DNA of 64,000 nt, from assembly GCA_004431415.1 (NCBI GenBank), contig QPMI01000429.1, positions 124,001-188,000 of the forward strand, given 5' to 3'. The notes below the pieces were generated by a model, which saw only the letters and a program-made list of their open reading frames with translations, did not search any database and was not told where the DNA came from. The translations under genes and the position numbers were made by a program. The DNA comes from Cyanophora paradoxa CCMP329 (lineage: Eukaryota; Plantae; Glaucophyta). Every line of letters begins with the position of its first letter. The stretch's first letter is position 1. Positions 37,267 through 46,441 of the stretch are shown here, one piece after another.

Positions 37267-37567
37267 GTGACAGGGGGGATACCGGTTAAGGTGACAGAAC
37301 GTGACAGGGGGGATACCGGTTAAGGTGACAGAACGTGACAGGGGGGATACCGTAAAGGTGGCATTTTGTGGACATTTGTGGACATCGGGGCTACCGGGTT
37401 TGTGGTCATTTTGTGGACAAATTGCGAACATAAACTTGAATGCATATGTGTATATGACTGACCAGCCGCTGAGCGACTGACCGGCTTGCAAGTTGCAATT
37501 TCCCGAGTTCCGAGTCCCGGAGTCCCGACTCCCGAGTCTCGACTCCCGAGTCCCGAGTCCCGACTCG
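37267..37567. repeat. Repeat cluster in the PLV non-coding region: 34-bp tandem (x2.5), TTTGTGG(A/T)CA (x4), CCCGA(G/C)T heptamer array
   Basis: GTGACAGGGGGGATACCGGTTAAGGTGACAGAAC at 37267, 37301 and partially 37335; heptamer array at 37501-37567. Confidence 0.9.
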
Positions 37568-37949
37568 ATAACACCGCGATCGCGACTTCGCGGAGACCCC
37601 CCTTCCGTTTTTCCCGCATAACTTTGGACTGGAAGCCGATCTCGGCGCGCTCTCAATTGCTACGTGCTCGTAACTTGCTTCCGGGCATGATGGTGCTAGT
37701 TTGACTAGCTTAGTCGCCGGGCGCGCGAAACCCCAGTTCGCCAACGGCACAAGTGCCCGAAAACCGAGGTGTCCGCTACATTCTGAGCGCCGGCGCGCGT
37801 TCCCGGAGGGCTGCACTAGTCAAACTTTGCATCCGTGTTCGTATAGAGTAGTTCTACACTACTACGAAGTGGCGCGATCTGATTCGCAAAGGGCGTGATT
37901 TGGCGGCTACGAAACCACATAGCTCACAAAAATATCGACTTAAATAATA

Positions 37950-38342
37950 ATGGATTCCCGATACCGCGGCTACCACGTAATGCTTGACTATATAACCGAC
38001 CCGTTCACCGAGTCCCCGGAGGCATGCGCCGAGTGGATCACAGCGAACCTATCGCAATATATAACAGATCGCAAGATGCGCATCGTGCACCAGCACACCT
38101 GCATTTTCGACGGCTCTAATTCCCCTCCCGGTTTCGCGATTGGCTTTCTATTGGATGAGTCGCATGCGACGGCTCACTCTTATAGCGACCAGGGGCTATT
38201 AGCGATCGATATCTTTACATGCGGCTCAAATGCCGAAGCGAAGACAATGGGTATAGCACGGGACATTAACGAACTCATACAAGAAAGGCTGAAAGTTCGA
38301 AAGTGGGACTTACAGGTCGAGCAAAGGTTCCCAATTTCATAA
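37950..38342 (+). CDS. speD: S-adenosylmethionine decarboxylase proenzyme (short prokaryotic-type pyruvoyl SpeD/SpeH family)
   Basis: GYHVMLD near the N-terminus, PPGFAIGFLLDESHATAHSY with the ES autocleavage site, LAIDIFTCG. Confidence 0.88.
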   Translation: MDSRYRGYHVMLDYITDPFTESPEACAEWITANLSQYITDRKMRIVHQHTCIFDGSNSPPGFAIGFLLDESHATAHSYSDQGLLAIDIFTCGSNAEAKTMGIARDINELIQERLKVRKWDLQVEQRFPIS

Positions 38343-38367
38343 AAAATGAAAAAAGCGACATATACAT

Positions 38368-38682
38368 TTAATGTTCCTTGATCGGAAACTTGCCCATTAG
38401 CGGGTGATCGAGACCCATGACATACCAGCATCGCATGACGGGATCCCAGCGGGCTCTCTCAGCCTTCGCTTGATCCTTAAATTCATAAGGAATATCGAGG
38501 TAAACCTTCACGTTTCTTTGATACACTTGCTCATAGCTTAGAGTTTTGAACTGAGAGCATAGGGGGTGATCTTTCTTCGTGACATACCAGCATGAATTCT
38601 CACGATCCCACTTTCCACCGAGGGATTTCGCAACGTCTTTTTTATCATACGGAATGTCAACGAAATGCTTTTCACCCTCCAT
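38368..38682 (-). CDS. Tandem DUF5710-like repeat protein
   Basis: Two repeats: FVDIPYDKKDVAKSLGGKWDRENSCWYV and YLDIPYEFKDQAKAERARWDPVMRCWYV. Confidence 0.8.
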   Translation of the reverse strand: MEGEKHFVDIPYDKKDVAKSLGGKWDRENSCWYVTKKDHPLCSQFKTLSYEQVYQRNVKVYLDIPYEFKDQAKAERARWDPVMRCWYVMGLDHPLMGKFPIKEH

Positions 38683-38721
38683 CGCTTTTATATTTACCGG
38701 AGAAAATAATTTCGGGGTTTG

Positions 38722-40101
38722 TTATGAACGAGATGACCGAAGAATGCGCGTAGTAGGGGCTGTGTAGCTTGCGCTCTGATTCTTGAATGATTTATACCAC
38801 CTCTGACTGTTTACCTCTGAGAGCTTCTCAGTTCCTGCAATCGTTAATTTAGCGAGCTCCCTCAGCGCCCTCTTTGTCTTTTCTGCGCGATCTTCCAATA
38901 AAGCCCCTTTCGGAACACTTGCGGCGACATCTATGCCTTCTTTTGAACCTGCCGGATCGAAGCTGCCTCTACATCAGCCGCTAAAATAGCGTTGCCTGAT
39001 GGTTCCACCACAGCCTCGACCTCTGTAATGATCTGCAATTCGTGCGGCTTAAAAAGCTTCGGCATTACGTTCCCGGCTGCATCTTGCACCTCTATCGCGT
39101 TTCCTCTCCTTCCCGCAATTTTGTAGACCTCTCGGCTATACCTTTGTGTTGCTCCTTTATCAAACTTTGATCTCGGCAATAATACACGGACGTGGAGCCC
39201 AGGTTTAAAGTCGCTGAATATATCCTTGACGATTGTGTTCTTTTTCGAAATAATAGCCGCTCGGATCCGCTCCATATCTGAGAGCTTAACATCTGCGGGC
39301 TTCATTCCTATGGTTCTGTGAATGGTGTTATTGTAATTGAAAACGAAGTCGTCCAGCTTGTCCATAAATCGCACAGTGTTATAAGCGACACAGTAGTTGT
39401 TTATCATCGTTTTTAGGGTCAAATGAAAGCGATTCATAATTCCCAGCGAAGTGTGATCTCCGACCTGTTTAAAGCGGTGCTCTATTCCATTATTTTTTAC
39501 GACCTCCTGAAACTCCTTCGCGATGAATTCCGAGCCGTTATCTGTCTCCAATCGAATCATCGGAGCCGGGAGCTCTGTGAGCATCTCCGCAAAAGCGGCG
39601 GCAACACTTGCGCCCTCCTTATTCTTTAACTTCTTGGCATATGCTTTTCGGCTCGTCATCTCGATGAGAGTAAGGACTGCAATGTAGCCGGAATTATAAT
39701 TGCCATATGAGAGATAAAAGATGAGATCCGCTTGATAGCACCACGGCGGGGCTGTGATGGGAATAAAAGCTGTTTGGGTCGGTGCTGGGGCTTCTTGTTG
39801 ATCTGCATAAATTCTTGTTTCGCTGCGACATCTTGCACTTCTTTCAATGTGAGGCTCTTGTCCTCTTTTCTCAGCTCTTCGTACAATGCCGATGGGTTCT
39901 TAAAACCTGTCTTTGGGTCATACATGCGGCGCACGATCTTAGAGGACGGGTTAGCAATGCTAAAAGGAACATCTCCTAATAAATTTGATTTTGCTTGGCG
40001 TTTTGTGATTTTTTGGGGACTTGCTCAGTTTCAGGAACCGCGATAGGTAGTATGGTGGTCTCTGTCTCCTCGCCCGCTACCCTTCTAACGATCCGTGACA
40101 T
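38722..40101 (-). CDS. Polinton-type rve (retroviral-like) integrase; three homopolymer frameshifts
   Basis: MYDPKTGF..LY N-terminal motif, YQADL, TSRKAY, ETDNGSEF, GIMNRFHLTLK, YNNTIHRTIGMKP, FDKG...YSREVYKI. Frames rejoin with +1 base at ~40012, ~39789 and ~38943. Confidence 0.92.
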
Positions 40102-40119
40102 TCTTCTAATTAAACCTGT

Positions 40120-43100
40120 TTATTTTTTGCTGCAATTGCACCCGTGATGCACGAGCTGGCAATTGTCTTTAAGATGTGGGCGCCTGTTGTTTATGCGATC
40201 CACGACGAGCTTGTAATTCGGATCTTGTGGCTCAGTCGGAATAGGAAGGGAACAGAGCGCACAGGCGCCCTTCTGTTGCTTCTTGCGCTCTAATATCCAC
40301 TCCGGCGTAATATAATCCGCCTCATCGAAATCGCGCCCGGCACGCTGATCCTGGCATTTGTAACCGCGGATCTTCCCTTTCAGATACTCGATGTAGTCAC
40401 TCTTTCCTTGGAACTTGTGAATCGGTGTATAAATCAGCACAGTAGACAGATCGCGGTTACGAGTGAGCGCGGTATAGAACCATTCGCGAGTGGTATAGCG
40501 GAACGTAGCCTCACAAATGACAATGCCCGAATCAAGTGTGAGACCTTGCGTTGAATGACCTGTTCCTGCATAAGGGAGAGAAAAATGTTCTAACATCGCG
40601 CACGGAACCTCAAACGTGACACCATCGAAAACGTCCGTTAATGTGACCATTTGCTTTGTGATTTTGGTGATTCGATAGGTGTAATTCGTGTATGCGTTTA
40701 TAGACTCGCCCTCAGACCGCGAAATGCGTAGATACTTGCGGCAAACGACTTCCAAACCCTTGTAGAATTTGATGCCATTGACCTCTACGGTTGGGATATT
40801 TACTTTGCGTCTATCGTGCATCAGTTTGTTGTAGGCTAAGGTCATTTCGTTTCTGTAAGCGATGCCAAAGTAGCCGTCGGGAATAGCGCTTAGATCATTA
40901 ATTGTCGGCAACCCGTATTTCGAGATAATCTGTGCGGCTTCCAGTCCGTTCTCGAAGAGATCCTCTTTAATCGCCCGAATTAATTCACGGTCTGTCTCCT
41001 TCTTGTGCCGCTTGTTATTGCGTAGACTCAGAACGTTAGGGAACATACTCTGCACCGCGCGCTTATAGTAGCCCTTGCGATCAGAAACCGAGAGCTCGTC
41101 ATTAATTGGTTCATTTTGATAGGTGTCGCCATTAGCCAAATATTTGATATCCGGATAGCGATCGATAAACGACTTGATCTTAGCGAGATCTTTTACGGAA
41201 TACGCGAATATCTCGTCGAACATAATGTGACTGAACTCGGAGACGAACGCCCTCTGGTCTTTTTCGCTCATAGCCTCTTCGTAGGTCTGATCATTTGAGA
41301 CACGGATCCCGAGAACATTATATAAAGTACGAACGGTAATATTCTCGATTCCGCGGACTTTGAGAGAGTCCCTCAGCTCCGCGCACTGTTTGTTATAGGG
41401 GCAAATAACTAAGCAATTCGACTTTTGAGATGCGAAACAGTTAATACCGAGTGTCGACTTTCCACTTCCGGGCATGTCAGCAAGGACAAGCATACGATTA
41501 TGGAGCTTCGCAACCCAATTAAAGCACTCCGGATTAAATTCGTCCCTCAGCGAGAACCGGTTAATGAGTGTCTCGGGATCCTGAAATTCGAGAGTTACAC
41601 CCCGCGGTGGGCGGAGTGCATTCTCAGGGCATCTTTTCCCGGGAATATAGCTGAATTTGCCCATGTTCTCAAACGCATTTCGGTCGAACTCTTTCTTACT
41701 TGTCCATGAACCTTCGATATATAGGCAATCCGTTCTGATCCCGGCAACCTTGTGCCCGCGCGCTGTCAGGCGCTTGTATTGCGCAAACATATTAGCACGG
41801 TTACGATCGTAAATATGAAAGTGGATAGGAAGGAATCCGTTAACGAGCTCGCGGTGAGAGCTGATCTTAACGAAATAGATGTGACCTTCGAATTCGCTAA
41901 GAGCTTTGACACGTTTCGAATTCTTAGGATTGAAAGTAAACACCTCTACTGTTCCTCCGCATTCTTGGGCGAACCTCTCAGCCTCGGCACGGTTGTAGAA
42001 CATTTTCGTGGATGTTTGCGAGTCTTGGAATTTGCCGAGCATTCCGATCTCTTTCACTAAAATGTGCTTCTTATCTGTGGTTTGAATGTCACTTGAAAGT
42101 ACTTTCTTCATCTCCGAGATCGACGTATTGGGCACCAAATGCGAAGGCTCCGCGACCGCGATAATCTCTATCTTGTCCTTTACGTCCGCCCAGTGCATGG
42201 AGAGAGTGTAGCCTGTCATGAAATTATAACAGCGACCACTCACGGAAAATGCGCGATCCAGAATAATTTCGATTCCGTCAATCTTGCGAGACATGGCGGC
42301 ATCATAATCAATGTCCTCGTCGTCGGCGAAAGTCGTTTGCTCTCTCTCAAACGCAACCACACGCACGTAGTAGATTGCGTATTCGAGAATATCGCTTCCC
42401 GCTTTAAAGGGAACGAAGTCATCGAATACATTGTATTTCGGAAGATATTGCATACCTTTCAGTATCGAAGGGTAGCACTTCGCCATATCGACAGCTGTGT
42501 AGGTGGCTTTCGGGTTCGGCTTATAGAAATAGCCGCTTAGTGCGGATCGCTTGTAGTGCGTGAGAATTTCGCGCATGTTCGGGCTGTAATGTGAGATATT
42601 CGTCGCATTTAGTAGCGACTCGCGGAACCCCTTACCGATTTCACAGACCTTATTATAATACTCCTCTGTTTCGAAATCTTGCTCAATAAAGTGGTCTGTT
42701 GTGCGTGGATCTTTGATAGAGAACATCGAGCCATTGGCTTTGAATGTGATGCTGTCGATCTGTTTCGATGGTGTTAGCTTCACAGCGGGCTCATATCGCA
42801 TTTTCAGGAACGTAAATAGAAGACCTTCCAGACCTTCGCGCCCAGTATACAGAATGCGAATGAAACTGCGCTCGTCAGGCGATAGTTTTAATTGCGTGAT
42901 CTTTAACAGATCCTTGGATGTGTGCGCGAAGATATCGTGAGTAAGACACGTCGGAATTTTATAGAGTGCTAACGAAGAGGTCGACTTAGGAACATGATTA
43001 TCGAGCTCTTCGACCTCCATCTTTGCCATGCGCATTTCGAGCGACTTGATGTTATCGTTGAATATATAGATGTGCTTGTTGTGAATCATGAAGTGAATAT

Positions 43101-44430
43101 TGCGGGGATTGATATTTTTGTTAATTGATTCCGCCGCGAATTTGTATATTAACTTTCCGTCGACATCAAAGACGCGGAAGCCTGTCTGGATCCTCTTACA
43201 GAATTTCTCGATATGGCGGAGCGTGAGAGCCAGAGAGTCGCCAGGTGTGCGTTCACGACCGTGAAAGAATTTATAGAGACCGTCGTAGGACATAGTTAAG
43301 TCAGTATATCGCGGTTTTGGCGCCTCCTGACACTTCTTAATGGACGCTCCCCATGTGGAGATGATCATATCATAGCCGCAAGCGTTAGATGTCGATGACT
43401 TGGGAAGCTCAATAACATCTTCGAACTCAGACGCGTTTGGATTTAATGTGTAGTCTGTGAATTTGCTCATAATCGCGGTGCATCGCATGCTGTCCATTAG
43501 CTCCTCATCCAGAAACTCATAGCGATTGCCAGGGATAGCACCGGCTCCGTCATCTTCGACACCTTCGTCCCCATAGATCACGACCTCATGAACAGTTATA
43601 AAGGCATCATCGACACTGCCGCCAAAATCATCGAAACCTTTGCGTAGTTTTTTCTGTTCCTCGGTTGGTGGTGTCTTAAAGAAGAACATCTCGTATGCTT
43701 GTCCGAAAGTTCCCAGACGAATCTTCAATTCATCGTAGTTTTCGAGTAAATCGAAGATTGAATCTCTCTCTTCCGAATAATAACGATTTTGAGCGGTGAG
43801 AATTCCATACACTCTATCGATTTTTGCCAGAGCAAAGTTTCTCAACACCCTCACCGAAACTGTCTCTCTTATATTGCGGTAGGTGACAAAGGTTCTGTCT
43901 GGTATATTTAATTCGGGAATTCCGGGAATAACAATTACCTCCGTCGACCGAGCACCGGATCCAGGTCCCCATAGCTTGAACGTAATTGTTGCGAGAGTTT
44001 CCGGATCGTATGCGGCGATTGGGTCGAGAATAGTGCGTTTAATCGCATCCTCTACCGCTTTTAGTTTACCTCTCTGCTGCTTTGCTTCGAGCTTCGCTTC
44101 TTTCGCTCGTTTCTGTTCTTGCTTGCGATCGAAGCGCTGTAAACGCTTAGCCTCTTGTTCTTTTTGCTTCTGCTTTTCTATATTAACTTGGGTGCGAGCG
44201 GCACGCTTTTCTTTCCGCTCTGCCCTGCGGAAAACGCGGGGATTAATGATTCCATTCAGAGTATCCCGAATGTCGATCAGCGTTTGGAGCTTGGGCTTCC
44301 GATTCATTGTGTTGTGCATCGCCCAATGCGCCTGTTCTTCGGTTAGCAAATCCTGACTCAATCCCTGCATAATGTATCCGATAATCTCCTCCCGAACATT
44401 GTTAGCGATTCTGTTGGCTGCGCGCGGCAT
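40120..44430 (-). CDS. 1436-aa replication fusion protein: N-terminal region, OTU-like module, divergent family B DNA polymerase, SF1B (Pif1/RecD-like) helicase, C-terminal HNH-like nuclease
   Basis: NAC...HFMIHNKHIY (Cys/His); PolB motifs AVDMAKCYPSIL, KHILVKEIGMLGK, GIRTDCLY; helicase MPGSGKST, FDEIF, GDTYQN, GHSTQGLT, YTALTR; CALC...VDRINNRRPHLKDNCQLVHHGCN. Confidence 0.85.
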   Translation of the reverse strand: MPRAANRIANNVREEIIGYIMQGLSQDLLTEEQAHWAMHNTMNRKPKLQTLIDIRDTLNGIINPRVFRRAERKEKRAARTQVNIEKQKQKEQEAKRLQRFDRKQEQKRAKEAKLEAKQQRGKLKAVEDAIKRTILDPIAAYDPETLATITFKLWGPGSGARSTEVIVIPGIPELNIPDRTFVTYRNIRETVSVRVLRNFALAKIDRVYGILTAQNRYYSEERDSIFDLLENYDELKIRLGTFGQAYEMFFFKTPPTEEQKKLRKGFDDFGGSVDDAFITVHEVVIYGDEGVEDDGAGAIPGNRYEFLDEELMDSMRCTAIMSKFTDYTLNPNASEFEDVIELPKSSTSNACGYDMIISTWGASIKKCQEAPKPRYTDLTMSYDGLYKFFHGRERTPGDSLALTLRHIEKFCKRIQTGFRVFDVDGKLIYKFAAESINKNINPRNIHFMIHNKHIYIFNDNIKSLEMRMAKMEVEELDNHVPKSTSSLALYKIPTCLTHDIFAHTSKDLLKITQLKLSPDERSFIRILYTGREGLEGLLFTFLKMRYEPAVKLTPSKQIDSITFKANGSMFSIKDPRTTDHFIEQDFETEEYYNKVCEIGKGFRESLLNATNISHYSPNMREILTHYKRSALSGYFYKPNPKATYTAVDMAKCYPSILKGMQYLPKYNVFDDFVPFKAGSDILEYAIYYVRVVAFEREQTTFADDEDIDYDAAMSRKIDGIEIILDRAFSVSGRCYNFMTGYTLSMHWADVKDKIEIIAVAEPSHLVPNTSISEMKKVLSSDIQTTDKKHILVKEIGMLGKFQDSQTSTKMFYNRAEAERFAQECGGTVEVFTFNPKNSKRVKALSEFEGHIYFVKISSHRELVNGFLPIHFHIYDRNRANMFAQYKRLTARGHKVAGIRTDCLYIEGSWTSKKEFDRNAFENMGKFSYIPGKRCPENALRPPRGVTLEFQDPETLINRFSLRDEFNPECFNWVAKLHNRMLVLADMPGSGKSTLGINCFASQKSNCLVICPYNKQCAELRDSLKVRGIENITVRTLYNVLGIRVSNDQTYEEAMSEKDQRAFVSEFSHIMFDEIFAYSVKDLAKIKSFIDRYPDIKYLANGDTYQNEPINDELSVSDRKGYYKRAVQSMFPNVLSLRNNKRHKKETDRELIRAIKEDLFENGLEAAQIISKYGLPTINDLSAIPDGYFGIAYRNEMTLAYNKLMHDRRKVNIPTVEVNGIKFYKGLEVVCRKYLRISRSEGESINAYTNYTYRITKITKQMVTLTDVFDGVTFEVPCAMLEHFSLPYAGTGHSTQGLTLDSGIVICEATFRYTTREWFYTALTRNRDLSTVLIYTPIHKFQGKSDYIEYLKGKIRGYKCQDQRAGRDFDEADYITPEWILERKKQQKGACALCSLPIPTEPQDPNYKLVVDRINNRRPHLKDNCQLVHHGCNCSKK

Positions 44431-44599
44431 CTCTATTAGTTCTTTTAAAATAACCGGAGAAAATAATTTCGGCGCAATCTACCAAATCCTCCTTTTCATA
44501 CCCTTGTTGTTAATTCCTTAAATGCTTTTTCGACGGATACGGGGAATAAAAAGGGAGGTAAAAAATTAATCATTTTTTGCGTCGTACGGATACTTTCCG

Positions 44600-45013
44600 C
44601 TACGAATTTTTCGCGTTCTCGACGACATGCTTTCGGGGTCTCCCAGCGGGCTTTTGCGGCTGGGGCTTCACCGGCGGATTCAGCTTTCGTTCCGCTCTTT
44701 TTCTGCGTTGGTATTCCCGTGCCTTTTCCCTGATTTTCTCCCGATACTCTTCATCGTCTTGGTATCGCTGCTGTTTACGAATTGCGATCTTTTGTAGCTG
44801 CTCCGGGGTAAATACGGTCGCTTCCCCTGCGGCTAATCGCTCTTGCTTTTGTCTCTGATGCTTGTTTCGCTGCCGCTCTGCATCTTTCTCGCGTTTTAGT
44901 CTTAATCTCTCCGCTTTCTCCTCTTCTGTGATCACCTTCTTCGGTCGCCCTGGTCTGCGCTTTTCTTGCTGTGCCGCCATTGCCTCTTGGTTTGAAATCT
45001 TGGGTTTCGCCAT
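44600..45013 (-). CDS. Small basic coiled-coil protein with two AT-hooks
   Basis: RRPGRPKK and KPAGRPRK flank a K/R/E/Q-rich helix. Confidence 0.75.
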   Translation of the reverse strand: MAKPKISNQEAMAAQQEKRRPGRPKKVITEEEKAERLRLKREKDAERQRNKHQRQKQERLAAGEATVFTPEQLQKIAIRKQQRYQDDEEYREKIREKAREYQRRKRAERKLNPPVKPQPQKPAGRPRKHVVENAKNS

Positions 45014-45137
45014 TTACTATAACCGGAGAAAATAGTTTTTTGTCACTCTGTATTATTTCCCTTGCCCTTATATACCTTTTACCGAAACCTTCAATTTTTG
45101 CCCTCGGATCGATAGGAGCACCACCGAAATTCACCGC

Positions 45138-45551
45138 TCAATAACCGTTCCAGACGGTTCTTTCTTGTTGCTGAGGATATACATAAGGGTTTGTTAAGCT
45201 GTCATCGTCGCCTAATGCCATTTGATCCAATCTATACATCGGATAAGGTGAATCAGCGCGCAAATGCCCTTCCACAAATTCGGGACATGATCGCCTTCTA
45301 ATATGCTCTACATGCACATCCTCTATCTGAGAGGTCTCGATATTGGAACTCATAGCCGCGGGCACAGGCGAGGGCGATCGAGATCTTGGGTGGTTGTGAT
45401 TGTCGCTGTGGTTAGAATATACAGAAAGGCGCCTACCTCCATTCTCGTCGTCAGAAATATTAACCTCTACGGTTGTGTCGCAACATCCGGATTTACAGTG
45501 AGAGATAAAGTGCAGATGAAACATCTCAATGCATTGTGTGATGAAATTCAT
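45138..45551 (-). CDS. Hypothetical PLV protein
   Basis: ORF from MNFITQ, preceded by the element's conserved upstream motif. Confidence 0.55.
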   Translation of the reverse strand: MNFITQCIEMFHLHFISHCKSGCCDTTVEVNISDDENGGRRLSVYSNHSDNHNHPRSRSPSPVPAAMSSNIETSQIEDVHVEHIRRRSCPEFVEGHLRADSPYPMYRLDQMALGDDDSLTNPYVYPQQQERTVWNGY

Positions 45552-45755
45552 CGACCCTACAATTGGGCAACGTATTAAATATCGGAGAAAATAAAAGGGA
45601 ATGAGGGCTTTACTTGCTCGTGTGTTCCCATACGAGTTGGTCGACCTTATAATGCTGTTTATGGAGCCGACATGCCCGTTTTGCAATGGCATTCATATTA
45701 AGACACGCTCTAAATACGGGCGGGTTCAGCTTTGCCTTGCGGATATTCACAGCCA

Positions 45756-46439
45756 TTAGCGGATATGGCGTTTACCACCAAGCATTGCGGCATAATTTAC
45801 GGGTGCAGTCGGCACTATGTGCGCATATTGCGGGGCGACCGATTGCTGACGAGTTACGGCTTGCGCATCTGTCTTTTCCTCCTTTTTTATTTCGTCTACG
45901 TCGACTTTTTGCTTTAATCCGAGTTTGGAGATCTCTTTCTTTACAAGCCCCTTTAATTTCTTGCGTTCGTTATAATCTTGCATCCATTTCTCGTAGTTAG
46001 AGACTTTCGTTTCAAGGTCTCGCACTTTCTCTTCGAAGCTCATGACAACGTCGACAGGAACCGTGTGTTTTTGATAGGATCCGCGCTTTTTAAGCTCGGT
46101 TTCGGCGGCTTTCGGGACGTCTTGCGTTTTGTGTTGGCTTGCAACAACTTGCGCTTTTAGTACTTTGTCGGTTGCTTCATCGATGGAGCCGCCTCCAATC
46201 TGTGGTTTTACAGTAGCTAAATCCTCCATTTGGCGTTTACCGCTATCTTGGTTGCCCTTGTCCGCGGTGGCACTCGCAATAATTGCCTCTTGCTTGGCAA
46301 CCTCCTCTGGCGAAGTGTCTACAAGATATTCGGGCATTTCGAGACCGCCACCCGACGTTAATCCAGACTCTTCAAGTCCGCGATTTGGATTACCAGAAGC
46401 GACCGTTTGAATGGTTTGAGGCTTCTTTCGGTAGACCAT
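45756..46439 (-). CDS. Hypothetical PLV protein with coiled coil
   Basis: 227-aa ORF immediately downstream of the ATPase. Confidence 0.7.
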   Translation of the reverse strand: MVYRKKPQTIQTVASGNPNRGLEESGLTSGGGLEMPEYLVDTSPEEVAKQEAIIASATADKGNQDSGKRQMEDLATVKPQIGGGSIDEATDKVLKAQVVASQHKTQDVPKAAETELKKRGSYQKHTVPVDVVMSFEEKVRDLETKVSNYEKWMQDYNERKKLKGLVKKEISKLGLKQKVDVDEIKKEEKTDAQAVTRQQSVAPQYAHIVPTAPVNYAAMLGGKRHIR

Positions 46440-46441
46440 GA

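Noticed and set aside
37267-37352. 34-bp repeats as a CRISPR-like array
   Set aside because: Units are directly adjacent with no unique spacers, and no cas genes are present.
37501-37567. CCCGAGT array as telomeric repeat
   Set aside because: Internal, degenerate, of mixed core orientation and not a TTAGGG-type motif.
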